Source: Bacteroidales bacterium (GTDB taxonomy: Bacteria > Bacteroidota > Bacteroidia > Bacteroidales > WRLA01). Taken from it: a stretch of DNA of 64,000 bases. The first letter of the stretch is position 1, and each line of letters opens with the position of its first letter. The translations under genes were made by a program, and so were the position numbers. This document shows, piece by piece, positions 37,868 to 46,319 of this stretch. The notes under the pieces were generated by a model. That model was not told the origin of the DNA, did not search any database, and was given only the letters and a program-made list of their open reading frames with translations. The stretch covers positions 1,160,240-1,224,239 of the forward strand of contig OY781097.1 in NCBI GenBank assembly GCA_963676415.1. Direction: 5' to 3'.

Positions 37868-38119
37868 ATATAGTCTTTGCAAGAAAACGCCAAATTACTC
37901 ATGCGGCTGTTTATTTTTAAAAGGTATTCATGAATCGCTGCGCTTATTTCTGCGTTAATCTTGTCTTAAAAACAGTCATCCCGAAATTTTGGGACTCCTT
38001 GATTTTCAATTCCGAAAGCTTTCGGAACGAAAGCACTTCGACAGGCTCAGCATAACACCTTGTCTTTGACGTTTTCTTATCAAAGACTCAAAAAGGAGTT
38101 TTCTGGCTGGCACTATATA
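37868..38119 (+). repeat. ~250-bp dispersed repeat; partner at 61044-61285
   Basis: atatagtctttgcaagaaaacgccaaattactcatgcggctgtttatttttaaaagg.attcatgaatcgctgcgcttatttctgcgtta...gaaagcacttcgaca.gctcagcata.caccttgtctttgacg...tcttatcaaagactcaaaaa...ttttctggc.ggcactatata is present in both. This copy carries an extra ttccgaaagctttcggaa hairpin. Confidence 0.8.
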
Positions 38120-38217
38120 TGTAAAGATGTCAGAAAAACTAAATTTGTATGGTATCCGGATATGCGTTTTGGTTCTATAAGGACAAAACTGATTATTTCG
38201 GACAATTGGTGTTGATT

Positions 38218-38252
38218 AAAAAATACCGGACCTTCATTTTGAAGATCCGGTA
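38218..38252 (-). terminator. Rho-independent terminator (minus strand) downstream of the 1901-aa gene
   Basis: The minus strand reads taccggatcttc-aaaat-gaaggtccggta followed by tttttt. Confidence 0.6.
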
Positions 38253-38268
38253 TAGACTTTAACCTGCC

Positions 38269-38450
38269 TTATTCACAAAATATTTTATTACGCGCCCAAA
38301 CCGCTGCAATAGAAATAAATGCTATCTTTTTGGTACTCAAAACAGCTACGGCTATTCCTGTGCGCCAAAAATATGCGCCTCCTTTCTTTTATTGCGGTTT
38401 GTGTGTGGTCACTGAGCTTGTCGAATGTGCTCATGATAAAATTTCATGAA
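38269..38450 (-). repeat. Inverted partner of the 34368-34548 repeat
   Basis: See 34368-34548. It lies between the stop of the 1901-aa gene and its terminator. Confidence 0.8.
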
Positions 38451-38467
38451 TAAAGGTTAAAACAGCT

Positions 38468-41400
38468 TTAATTGCTTAAGATCAATTTCATTATATGAAA
38501 TTCATTATTATAGCAGCATTTCAGAAAATAAATTCCATTTGCTAATTCTGAGCCACTCTCTGCGCATGTATTCCAGTATAAACTATGTTTACCCGCTGAT
38601 TGTTCTCCGTTGAACAAAGTGGCAATACGCACTGCCTGAGCATTATAGATTTCAACACCAAGTTTTCCTTCTTTTGGCATATATAGATCAATGTTCAGTA
38701 ACTGACTTACAGGATTTGGTGATGCCTCAATACTGAAACCTGAACAAAAGGCAAACTCCTCACTCCCGCTTATTGCTTTTGATGCGCATGATTTTGATGC
38801 CTGATATGTATTGCCAAATGCACCCATATTAATCCGATCCCCATTATCTTCAGGCTCATTCTCATAGAAGCTATATTCATTTCCGGCCGCGAACGGAATA
38901 CCTGCATTGATGCATGGGCTGCATGTATCATCAGGATATGAAACAAAGCCCTGTATCGCCAGATCCCAACGTCCACCATTGGAATTGGTGCTTTTTAAGT
39001 GAAGGTCATGGTTAAACGGATCAAAAAACAAAGGATCCTCATTTATATTTCCGATTCCACTTGCAACCCCATTTCGAAGCCTGACATCCGAATAATCTAT
39101 ATTTGAGCCCGACAGACTCCCTTCATAAATATGATCATAGTTTTCTCCCCAAATAATACAGTTCAAAATATCAGGACAAGCATAGCGGTTACTTATAGTA
39201 TTCCCCAAACCCGCCTCATTATTGAAGAAGGAACAATTGATTGTTTGGGGATAAAGGATATAATTTGTCCCGCCAGAGGAATATCCATGATAGCTAATTG
39301 CCCCGCCGATTTCAGTGGCCTCATTGGCAGAAAAAACAGAATTACGTATCTCAACTTCTTCTTCCACACAGGATTCCCAATTAAAGACATAAACAGCTCC
39401 TCCAGAACCGGCACTGTTGCTCACAAATCCTGACCGGTTTACTCCTGCTTCGGATTGAATGACACATAAGGCCCCTCCGCTTGCCCCACTTTGGTTTGAT
39501 TCAAAACTACAATCCGACACAACAACTTTTGAACTCCACATACACAGCAATGCCCCTCCATGGTCAATCGCACTATTGTTAAGAAACTCACACTCTGAAA
39601 AATACTTTTCCCCAAGACAAGAGGTATTATGAATCCCAGAATAAACAGCAGCTCCTCCCCCACGGCCAGAAGACAAATTGTTTTCAAAAAGCGTGTTTAT
39701 AATGCTCGGACTATCGGCAAATTCCAAATACAAACCACCCCCATAAGCATATGCTCCTGAAGGGTCTGTGCACTCATTGCTTAAAAACTGACTATATAGA
39801 ATATCCGGTGAGGAAAAAAAAGCAGCCAGCCCACCACCTTTGTACTTGGCTGAATTCCCATTAAATATGCAATGAGACAGGGCGGGCGAAGATGCCCCAC
39901 AGTAGAGCCCTCCTCCTGCGCCATCTGCAAAGTTGTTATCAAAAACACAGTTTATCAGTGTGGGATTACCATACTCTAAAAACATTCCACCCCCGTTTTT
40001 CTCATTTGCACCTGAGTTCCCATTTGCAAACCCTCTAGTGACAGTGAACCCATCCAATAGCGTTGAATGATCCAGGTTGGAAATTTCAGTATTAAAGATT
40101 ACATGATAGGAATTATCAGAAAAATCATTGACCACCCCAATGTCGCCACTCAGTATGGCCGGGTTTGCTTCCCAGTCGCGTTCTTCAAACCGTTCAATTC
40201 CATTCTGATAATCAAAACCTCCATAAAGCTTTACACCCTTCTTTAGAACAAAGCTGGCTGTGCGATCACCGGTAACCACCTTTAAAGCAGTATCCCAGTC
40301 CGGCTTATAGGCCCCCTTGGAAACCCATATTTCATAATTATCATCTGCAATGGCTTCAGCCAAAGCGTCAGTCAGATATTTATATGCCTGTTCCCAGCTA
40401 TCCCCATTGCCAAAATAATTTGGCGGGTTAATGCAGCTTGTATTGGCATCAACATATATAATCCGGGAGTTTGATTTCGAAGCCCAGCGTGTATTGCCAT
40501 AAGCCCCCAAATTTGCCCTATGCCCATTGTTTTCTGGTTCATTGAGCCAATCACTTTCAATATCTGCCGCATCAATACAGGGACTGTGATCGCTGAGTGA
40601 AGCTTGCCATCCGCTTCCGTTCCAGTACGCTTCTTTGCTGAGCAAAAAATAATTATTCCCCGCAGGATTTACGAAATCCGGATTCTCATTAAAATTTCCC
40701 TCCCCACTATTCCAACCTGTTTGAATATCAGAATAATTAACTGTTGTGCTACTCGTACCATCACTATTGATTTGCCCGCCGCTGTTTGCCCAAAATATTG
40801 AATTTTTAACCTCTGGGAAACTGTTGGATTCACTGCGCATACCGCCGCCGGCAGAGGCAGTATTATCAGCTACTGTACAAAACTCAAGAAAAGGAGAAGA
40901 ATTTAAGTTGTTTCCAATTGCAGCCCCATATATTGCTGAATTTGAATAAAAAACACAATGGCTTATAATAGGGGAAGAATTTTTTGTATTAAATACTGCT
41001 CCTCCTGCCAACGCAGAGTTATTGCGAAAAGTACAATTCGTAAGTGTAGGTGATGCCGTTGCATTAAATATCGCTGCTCCCACTCTTTCTTCCTGCAAAT
41101 TAGCATCATTTGCATACCCATGTTCAAGAATAAAGCCATCCAGCAGAGCCGTTGTATCTATTTCCATGCTTTTGGTATGGTAAAAAATATGATAAGAATT
41201 ATCATACCTTAAGTCGCCACTTAAAATCGTTGGGTGAGCCAACCAGTCCCGCTCATCAACGACAGACTCTATACCTTCAAAACCACCATAAATCTTAAGT
41301 TGGTTCATCATAGAAAAGCTTAGGCTACGGTCTCCATTACCAAATGGCCTCAACGCATTTTCATCAGGATAATAGGCCCCTTCTGCGACCCAGATTTCAT

Positions 41401-44173
41401 TGCCCGGCTCAGCAACAGCAAGCGCATCCTGCAGGAAATTAAAGGCTGACTCCCAGGAAGCACCATCACCATAAAATCCTATTGTGTCCGCATTTGCATC
41501 TGCATCTACATAAATTATGGTTGTTGGCTGGTAGTACTCATAAACACCCATATCAACACTTATTCCATGAATCCTCGGATTTCCATCCAAGTCATATTCA
41601 GGCAAATATGGCGCAGTATTTGATCCCGCATCAACACATGCTGAGTTTGGGTCAAGGTGCAGGTCTTCGCAGGGATCAATAAATTTTGGCTCATCTGAAA
41701 TATTGCCTGTACCTGGATAGCCTTTAAAAACATCGGAATAGCAGACATCTATACTTCCTCCATCCGTGAAAATTTCAAGCCCTCCGTATTCGTCCCACAA
41801 AATACTATTGGTGACATGGATATAATAGGCTCCCGAACTGTTTTCACAAACAATAGCCTTGCCTTTCTCCGCGAAATTGCCACAAAACGTACAGTTTGTA
41901 ATATAAGTAGATTGCCCTGTAGCCGGAACCGATGTATTATAAATTGCCCCACCCTTCAATTCCGAAACATTTGCCTTGAATATTGAATTTGTTATGATCG
42001 ATAAAGAATTATCAAAAATGGCCCCGCCATTCACTTCTGCCTGATTATTTATAAACCGGCAATTATGAAAAACCGGTGATTGCACACAAGCACCATTATA
42101 AACTGCTGCGCCGTAAATTGCTGAATTATCATAAAACATGCAGTTTATAATCATGGGGGCTGAGTTTATATTAAGAACCCCTCCTCCTTTGTCGTTATCT
42201 GCAATCGGGGCAGCAAAACACAGTGTTCTGTTTTCGCCGGCAAGCTTTTTATTTGCCCTGCTGCCGCTTTTCCCTTGCCATTCATAAGCCCCCATATCAA
42301 CATAAACGGTTAATCCAATACCGGTATTTGCCACATTTGGATTGTCAACGCGGGCATTCCCCAGAATATCTGTTGGTGGTGCTGCATCACCATCAGCAGC
42401 ATCAATACATGGAGAATTTGCCTGCAGGCTTAAATCAGAAAACGGATTATTGAATAATGGGTCCATATCAATGCTCCCACCACCATTTTGTCCCTGAATA
42501 TCACTTTTGCTCACAGCACAGAGCCCGACTGAGCCCGTGCTCACTATTTCACTAATAATTGAATCATTCCAGAGGATACAATTTGTCAGTAATACAGTGT
42601 CGCCGGCAGGGCTGAAAACATTATATATGGCCCGCGCTCCCTTATTGGCTGAAAAAGAACAGTTAACCATATTGACATCATTATATTTGCAAGTTACAAT
42701 GCTGCTATAAACACTTGTATCGGGATTAGTAAAATTGTTTAAAAAAACGCAATTTGAAAGCTGGACCAGTTCACCATCGTATAAATAAGCAGAAGACCCG
42801 CTCCCGGCTGAATTAGTATTAAAAGTGGAATTATTAATCACTCCGGAACTTTCCTGAAAAAAAACGGCGCCCCCATTATTGGCTGAGTTATCCGAAAATT
42901 CAGCCCTGTTGACCCTTACTACAGAACCGGCATAGGCATAAAGGGCTCCCCCACCTCCAGAATGGTTTCCGGAAAAGGCACAATCATCCATTTCAATGCC
43001 AACAGAAAGGGAATCGCCAACAACTGCAATTGCACCACCACCTGACACAGCCAGATTGCTTGTAAACCTGCAATTCATGTACTTTTCAATTCCCGCAACA
43101 GAAAATACACCTCCACCCCTATTGGACTGGTTGTCGAAAAAATGACAGTTTTGAATGGTGCAGCCACAAAACTGAACATGTGCCCCTCCTCCTAAACCAA
43201 AGTTAAGATTATATGCACCGCACACATGAAAGCCATCAACTACCGAGTTTAAACCGATTGAATACAGGTTCAAAACAATCCTTGAATTATCTGTCAATAG
43301 GCTCGTATCACCAATTTCACCACTTAAAACTACAGGATTATCAATCCAGTTTCTCAAAGAACGGCCATATGTACTGGCAGGTTCGACGCCTTCAAATCCT
43401 CCATAGACACCAATGCTATCTATGCTGTTCAACTCAAAAAAAGCCTGGCGGTCTCCGCTACCATTTGGGTTTGCAGCATTTTTATCTGGATAATATGTTC
43501 CGGTAGCAACCCATATTTCATCACCGTTCCCTGCTATTTCAAAAGCATCATATAAAAAATTGAAAGCAGTTTCCCAAGAGGTCCCATCTCCATAATATCC
43601 TATCGAATCTGCATTTGCTGCAGAATCCACATAAATTATATTGCCTAAAGGAGGAGAGGGTTGTATTCCATCGGCATAACCCCCTTTTATGGTAAACCCA
43701 TCCAAAACTGCCGTTGCATCCACATCCTCGCCATATACCACATGATAAGAATTATCATCAACAGAGCTGCTATTGATCTCACCGCTTAAAATGGTTTCAT
43801 GTAACTTTGGTTCGCGCTCATCCAATGAAGACTCCACGCCAGAAAAACCACCATATATTTCCAGTCCACTCAACAAGCAAAAAGAAGATTCCCTGTTTCC
43901 GCTTCCGGTGGGATGGGACGAGTCTGCATCGGGCTTATAAACACCTTCCGCAACCCATATCTGGTCCCCACTTTCGGCTACAGATAATGCATCCTGCAGG
44001 AATTGGAAAGAAGCATTCCAGCTCTGTCCGTTTCCCGGTGTAGAATTATTGATGTTTACGAAGAAAACACTTTGAGACTTTACCAATACGTTGGGAAAAA
44101 ACATCAAAGCAATCAATAAAAAAAATCCGAAAAATGAATTTGTTTTCATAATGACTTTTGTTAAAATTTGCAA
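38468..44173 (-). CDS. Giant secreted right-handed beta-helix (PbH1 / Pmp-like GGA[IV]-FxxN repeats) T9SS cargo protein
   Basis: Signal peptide. Four modules open with a (I)YVD-type motif plus GDG(S/T/A)SWE.A(F/Y)..L.DA....G.EIWVA.G.Y.PD (the first is diverged, FFVNINNSTPGNGQSWNASF...), followed by many GGA(I/V/L)....S...I.NC.F..N repeats. C-terminal ASPNPVSQLLNIDLYMP...GIYFLKCCYNNEFHIMKLILSN is a CTD. Confidence 0.8.
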   Translation of the reverse strand: MQILTKVIMKTNSFFGFFLLIALMFFPNVLVKSQSVFFVNINNSTPGNGQSWNASFQFLQDALSVAESGDQIWVAEGVYKPDADSSHPTGSGNRESSFCLLSGLEIYGGFSGVESSLDEREPKLHETILSGEINSSSVDDNSYHVVYGEDVDATAVLDGFTIKGGYADGIQPSPPLGNIIYVDSAANADSIGYYGDGTSWETAFNFLYDAFEIAGNGDEIWVATGTYYPDKNAANPNGSGDRQAFFELNSIDSIGVYGGFEGVEPASTYGRSLRNWIDNPVVLSGEIGDTSLLTDNSRIVLNLYSIGLNSVVDGFHVCGAYNLNFGLGGGAHVQFCGCTIQNCHFFDNQSNRGGGVFSVAGIEKYMNCRFTSNLAVSGGGAIAVVGDSLSVGIEMDDCAFSGNHSGGGGALYAYAGSVVRVNRAEFSDNSANNGGAVFFQESSGVINNSTFNTNSAGSGSSAYLYDGELVQLSNCVFLNNFTNPDTSVYSSIVTCKYNDVNMVNCSFSANKGARAIYNVFSPAGDTVLLTNCILWNDSIISEIVSTGSVGLCAVSKSDIQGQNGGGSIDMDPLFNNPFSDLSLQANSPCIDAADGDAAPPTDILGNARVDNPNVANTGIGLTVYVDMGAYEWQGKSGSRANKKLAGENRTLCFAAPIADNDKGGGVLNINSAPMIINCMFYDNSAIYGAAVYNGACVQSPVFHNCRFINNQAEVNGGAIFDNSLSIITNSIFKANVSELKGGAIYNTSVPATGQSTYITNCTFCGNFAEKGKAIVCENSSGAYYIHVTNSILWDEYGGLEIFTDGGSIDVCYSDVFKGYPGTGNISDEPKFIDPCEDLHLDPNSACVDAGSNTAPYLPEYDLDGNPRIHGISVDMGVYEYYQPTTIIYVDADANADTIGFYGDGASWESAFNFLQDALAVAEPGNEIWVAEGAYYPDENALRPFGNGDRSLSFSMMNQLKIYGGFEGIESVVDERDWLAHPTILSGDLRYDNSYHIFYHTKSMEIDTTALLDGFILEHGYANDANLQEERVGAAIFNATASPTLTNCTFRNNSALAGGAVFNTKNSSPIISHCVFYSNSAIYGAAIGNNLNSSPFLEFCTVADNTASAGGGMRSESNSFPEVKNSIFWANSGGQINSDGTSSTTVNYSDIQTGWNSGEGNFNENPDFVNPAGNNYFLLSKEAYWNGSGWQASLSDHSPCIDAADIESDWLNEPENNGHRANLGAYGNTRWASKSNSRIIYVDANTSCINPPNYFGNGDSWEQAYKYLTDALAEAIADDNYEIWVSKGAYKPDWDTALKVVTGDRTASFVLKKGVKLYGGFDYQNGIERFEERDWEANPAILSGDIGVVNDFSDNSYHVIFNTEISNLDHSTLLDGFTVTRGFANGNSGANEKNGGGMFLEYGNPTLINCVFDNNFADGAGGGLYCGASSPALSHCIFNGNSAKYKGGGLAAFFSSPDILYSQFLSNECTDPSGAYAYGGGLYLEFADSPSIINTLFENNLSSGRGGGAAVYSGIHNTSCLGEKYFSECEFLNNSAIDHGGALLCMWSSKVVVSDCSFESNQSGASGGALCVIQSEAGVNRSGFVSNSAGSGGAVYVFNWESCVEEEVEIRNSVFSANEATEIGGAISYHGYSSGGTNYILYPQTINCSFFNNEAGLGNTISNRYACPDILNCIIWGENYDHIYEGSLSGSNIDYSDVRLRNGVASGIGNINEDPLFFDPFNHDLHLKSTNSNGGRWDLAIQGFVSYPDDTCSPCINAGIPFAAGNEYSFYENEPEDNGDRINMGAFGNTYQASKSCASKAISGSEEFAFCSGFSIEASPNPVSQLLNIDLYMPKEGKLGVEIYNAQAVRIATLFNGEQSAGKHSLYWNTCAESGSELANGIYFLKCCYNNEFHIMKLILSN

Positions 44174-44887
44174 TCTAAAACAGAATATATACTAATTGAA
44201 TATCAAAGAGATATAAAATACACAATATGTCTATACAATCTTTCCTTGTCGGATAATAACCTGATTTCAAAATAATCTCAACCGAACAGCTTCACTCAAA
44301 AAAATTATTAGAGATTATTCAAATAATCACCAAAACTAATAAAATATTGATAAAACAAAAAGAAAACTGAATAAAAATGCAAAAAGAACAGGATATGCTT
44401 AACATAATAAATAGTGAAAATGAAAAATCTGGCCGCAAATAAAACAACAACAAAATATCGCCGTTTTGCACAGCAATTCGGTGCAAAAGCATTTTTTCGG
44501 AAGGCTGCCAATAACAAAACCTCCCTATTGGCATGAAGACGACAGAGCAAACAAAGGATCAAATAGAAACAGAAGAAAATTTAAAGCAGGGGCTGTTCAA
44601 AAAAGTATGTAATGTTTGGGAATTACAACCGAATTAATACATTTGACACATGACAAGAAAGAAAAACAAAAAATCCCTGCGTATGGAAGAGCTGATACCA
44701 AATGCGCATTTACGGGAAAGGGTACTAAGCCGCTTATGCTGTGGAGAACCCCTACCTTAGCTCTATGGTAGCTCTAAGATAGCTCTAAGCTAAAATTATC
44801 AATTACACCGCAAAAACCAATAGTATTTAACCTACCTTATACATAGAAACCCTTCATTAGGTGCACATTTCTCACATAACCCCATAG

Positions 44888-45000
44888 GCATTAAATCAGG
44901 TCATCTGCATCGTTGCTAAAGCTTTGAAACAGGCGATATATCTTCAGTTTTAGACGCCTCACATCTGACCTGAATTTATAGCATGAATAGAGCAGGCTAA
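44888..45000 (+). repeat. ~115-bp conserved intergenic element, copy 2
   Basis: See 27109-27223. In the hairpin right arm gctttag becomes gttttag, which keeps G-U pairing. Confidence 0.7.
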
Positions 45001-45335
45001 ACCGGACTGATTGGTTTAATTCACTTAACCTGACCTTTCGGGCCACCAATGTATATTGATGGCCATCTGAACCGGGGCGTTGCCACTGACTTACAGCCTC
45101 AATGATATCTTATAAAATATTTTGTTTTCACTGATCAGAAAAACAATAGAGCATTTAAGTTTCACAGAAAACCATCGTCATGAAAGGGCAGCTTAACATC
45201 CAGACGGGACAATATCGCCGGATTGACGGGTCAATATGACCGGAATCTGCATGAATGAAAAAAGTTAAAAAACGCAAGCCCAATTTAAAGAACAACATAG
45301 TTTACCAAAATACAACACAAGAAAAGTACTCCAAA

Positions 45336-45366
45336 TAAAAAAGGCTGTTCCGGAGAGAAACAGCCT
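45336..45366 (-). terminator. Rho-independent terminator (minus strand) after 187-aa gene copy A
   Basis: The minus strand reads aggctgtt-tctctccgg-aacagcct followed by tttttatt. Confidence 0.65.
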
Positions 45367-45387
45367 CAAAACAACATTGTTTTGATT

Positions 45388-45951
45388 TTAGATCAGCTTG
45401 TCCTGTTCGGACATGTTACCAGGGACATCAAATACGCGGATGATGATCTTGTCGCCTTCGAGGGATTCGTTGGCGGCTGTTGCGGTGTATCGCCACCAGA
45501 TAGAGCCTTCCTGAAAGACTGCTGCGCCGCTTTCTACTTCTGTTCCATCGGCGTTTTGGATGCTTACTGTAACTTCTTTTACTTCAAAATCATCCATTGC
45601 ACGAAGCTGAATGTAACTGCCGGGCTGTCCATTATAGTTGCTCACATCTATTTCGTTTATTGACGGGGCATTCAGGAAGTCGGCCACAGCCACATTGTAT
45701 GCTGTTTGCCCTTCCTTAGCAGCAGCCTGGTATGATGCTTTAAGCTCGGGATCGGCCGTAGCCCCTTTGGCATATAATACAGCTTCCTGAAAACGGTTAC
45801 GGTGCTGTAGCTGCGCTTCCGTCCAGTGCTGCGATTTGTTTTTAGGGGCTGTTGCTACAATGGTGCGGCCTCCCCTGTTCCTGAAAACTATTAATCCACC
45901 AAGTTTCCCACTAAGGCCTGTAGTAATAATGTTGTCGCCTACTTTTGCCAT
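45388..45951 (-). CDS. Hypothetical 187-aa protein, copy A (duplicated, no signal peptide)
   Basis: ORF track. Near-identical to 57250-57813 except V4A, S14G, M118V and the last ~14 aa. Basic N-terminal region MAKVGDNIITTGLSGKLGGLIVFRNRGGRTIVATAPK and a beta-rich C-terminal half. Confidence 0.65.
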   Translation of the reverse strand: MAKVGDNIITTGLSGKLGGLIVFRNRGGRTIVATAPKNKSQHWTEAQLQHRNRFQEAVLYAKGATADPELKASYQAAAKEGQTAYNVAVADFLNAPSINEIDVSNYNGQPGSYIQLRAMDDFEVKEVTVSIQNADGTEVESGAAVFQEGSIWWRYTATAANESLEGDKIIIRVFDVPGNMSEQDKLI

Positions 45952-46319
45952 AATTTATTAATTTGAATAATTTTTATAATACAAACTTCCATCTTCTTTT
46001 GCAGGGGTGAAACAAGCTGCCCGTTTAAACCGGGCAGCTCTAAAAAAAATTTAATTAATTTAAACCAAAACCCAACTCTTTATGAGAAATTGAATTTTAT
46101 TTTACAATTATCTTTTTACAAGAAACCGTTTTCTCAGCCCTTACAAAGCGCAATAAATACACGCCCGGCTGAACATCAGTAACATTCATGATCAGGCTGG
46201 ATTTGCCTTCTGCATTATATTTCCTGATGGTTTTGCCTTGTGCATCCAAAAGTTCCAGCACATCAACATTCCCCTTCATATTGATATAAAGGTTGCCGGA
46301 GACCGGATTTGGGTAAGCA
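45441..46319. repeat. ~880-bp duplicated cassette A (most of the 187-aa gene, spacer with hairpin, CTD-coding 3' end of the 2012-aa gene)
   Basis: Aligns by eye with 57303-58174 with few mismatches and small indels. Includes hairpin agctgcccg-tttaaac-cgggcagct at 46015-46039 (57877-57901 in copy B). Confidence 0.85.

Noticed and set aside
44641-44760. Short ORF MTRKKNKKSLRMEELIPNAHLRERVLSRLCCGEPLP*, which resembles the N-terminus of IS256-type transposases
   Set aside because: It is only ~36 codons, with no downstream transposase sequence or inverted repeats. It is too weak to call even as a remnant.
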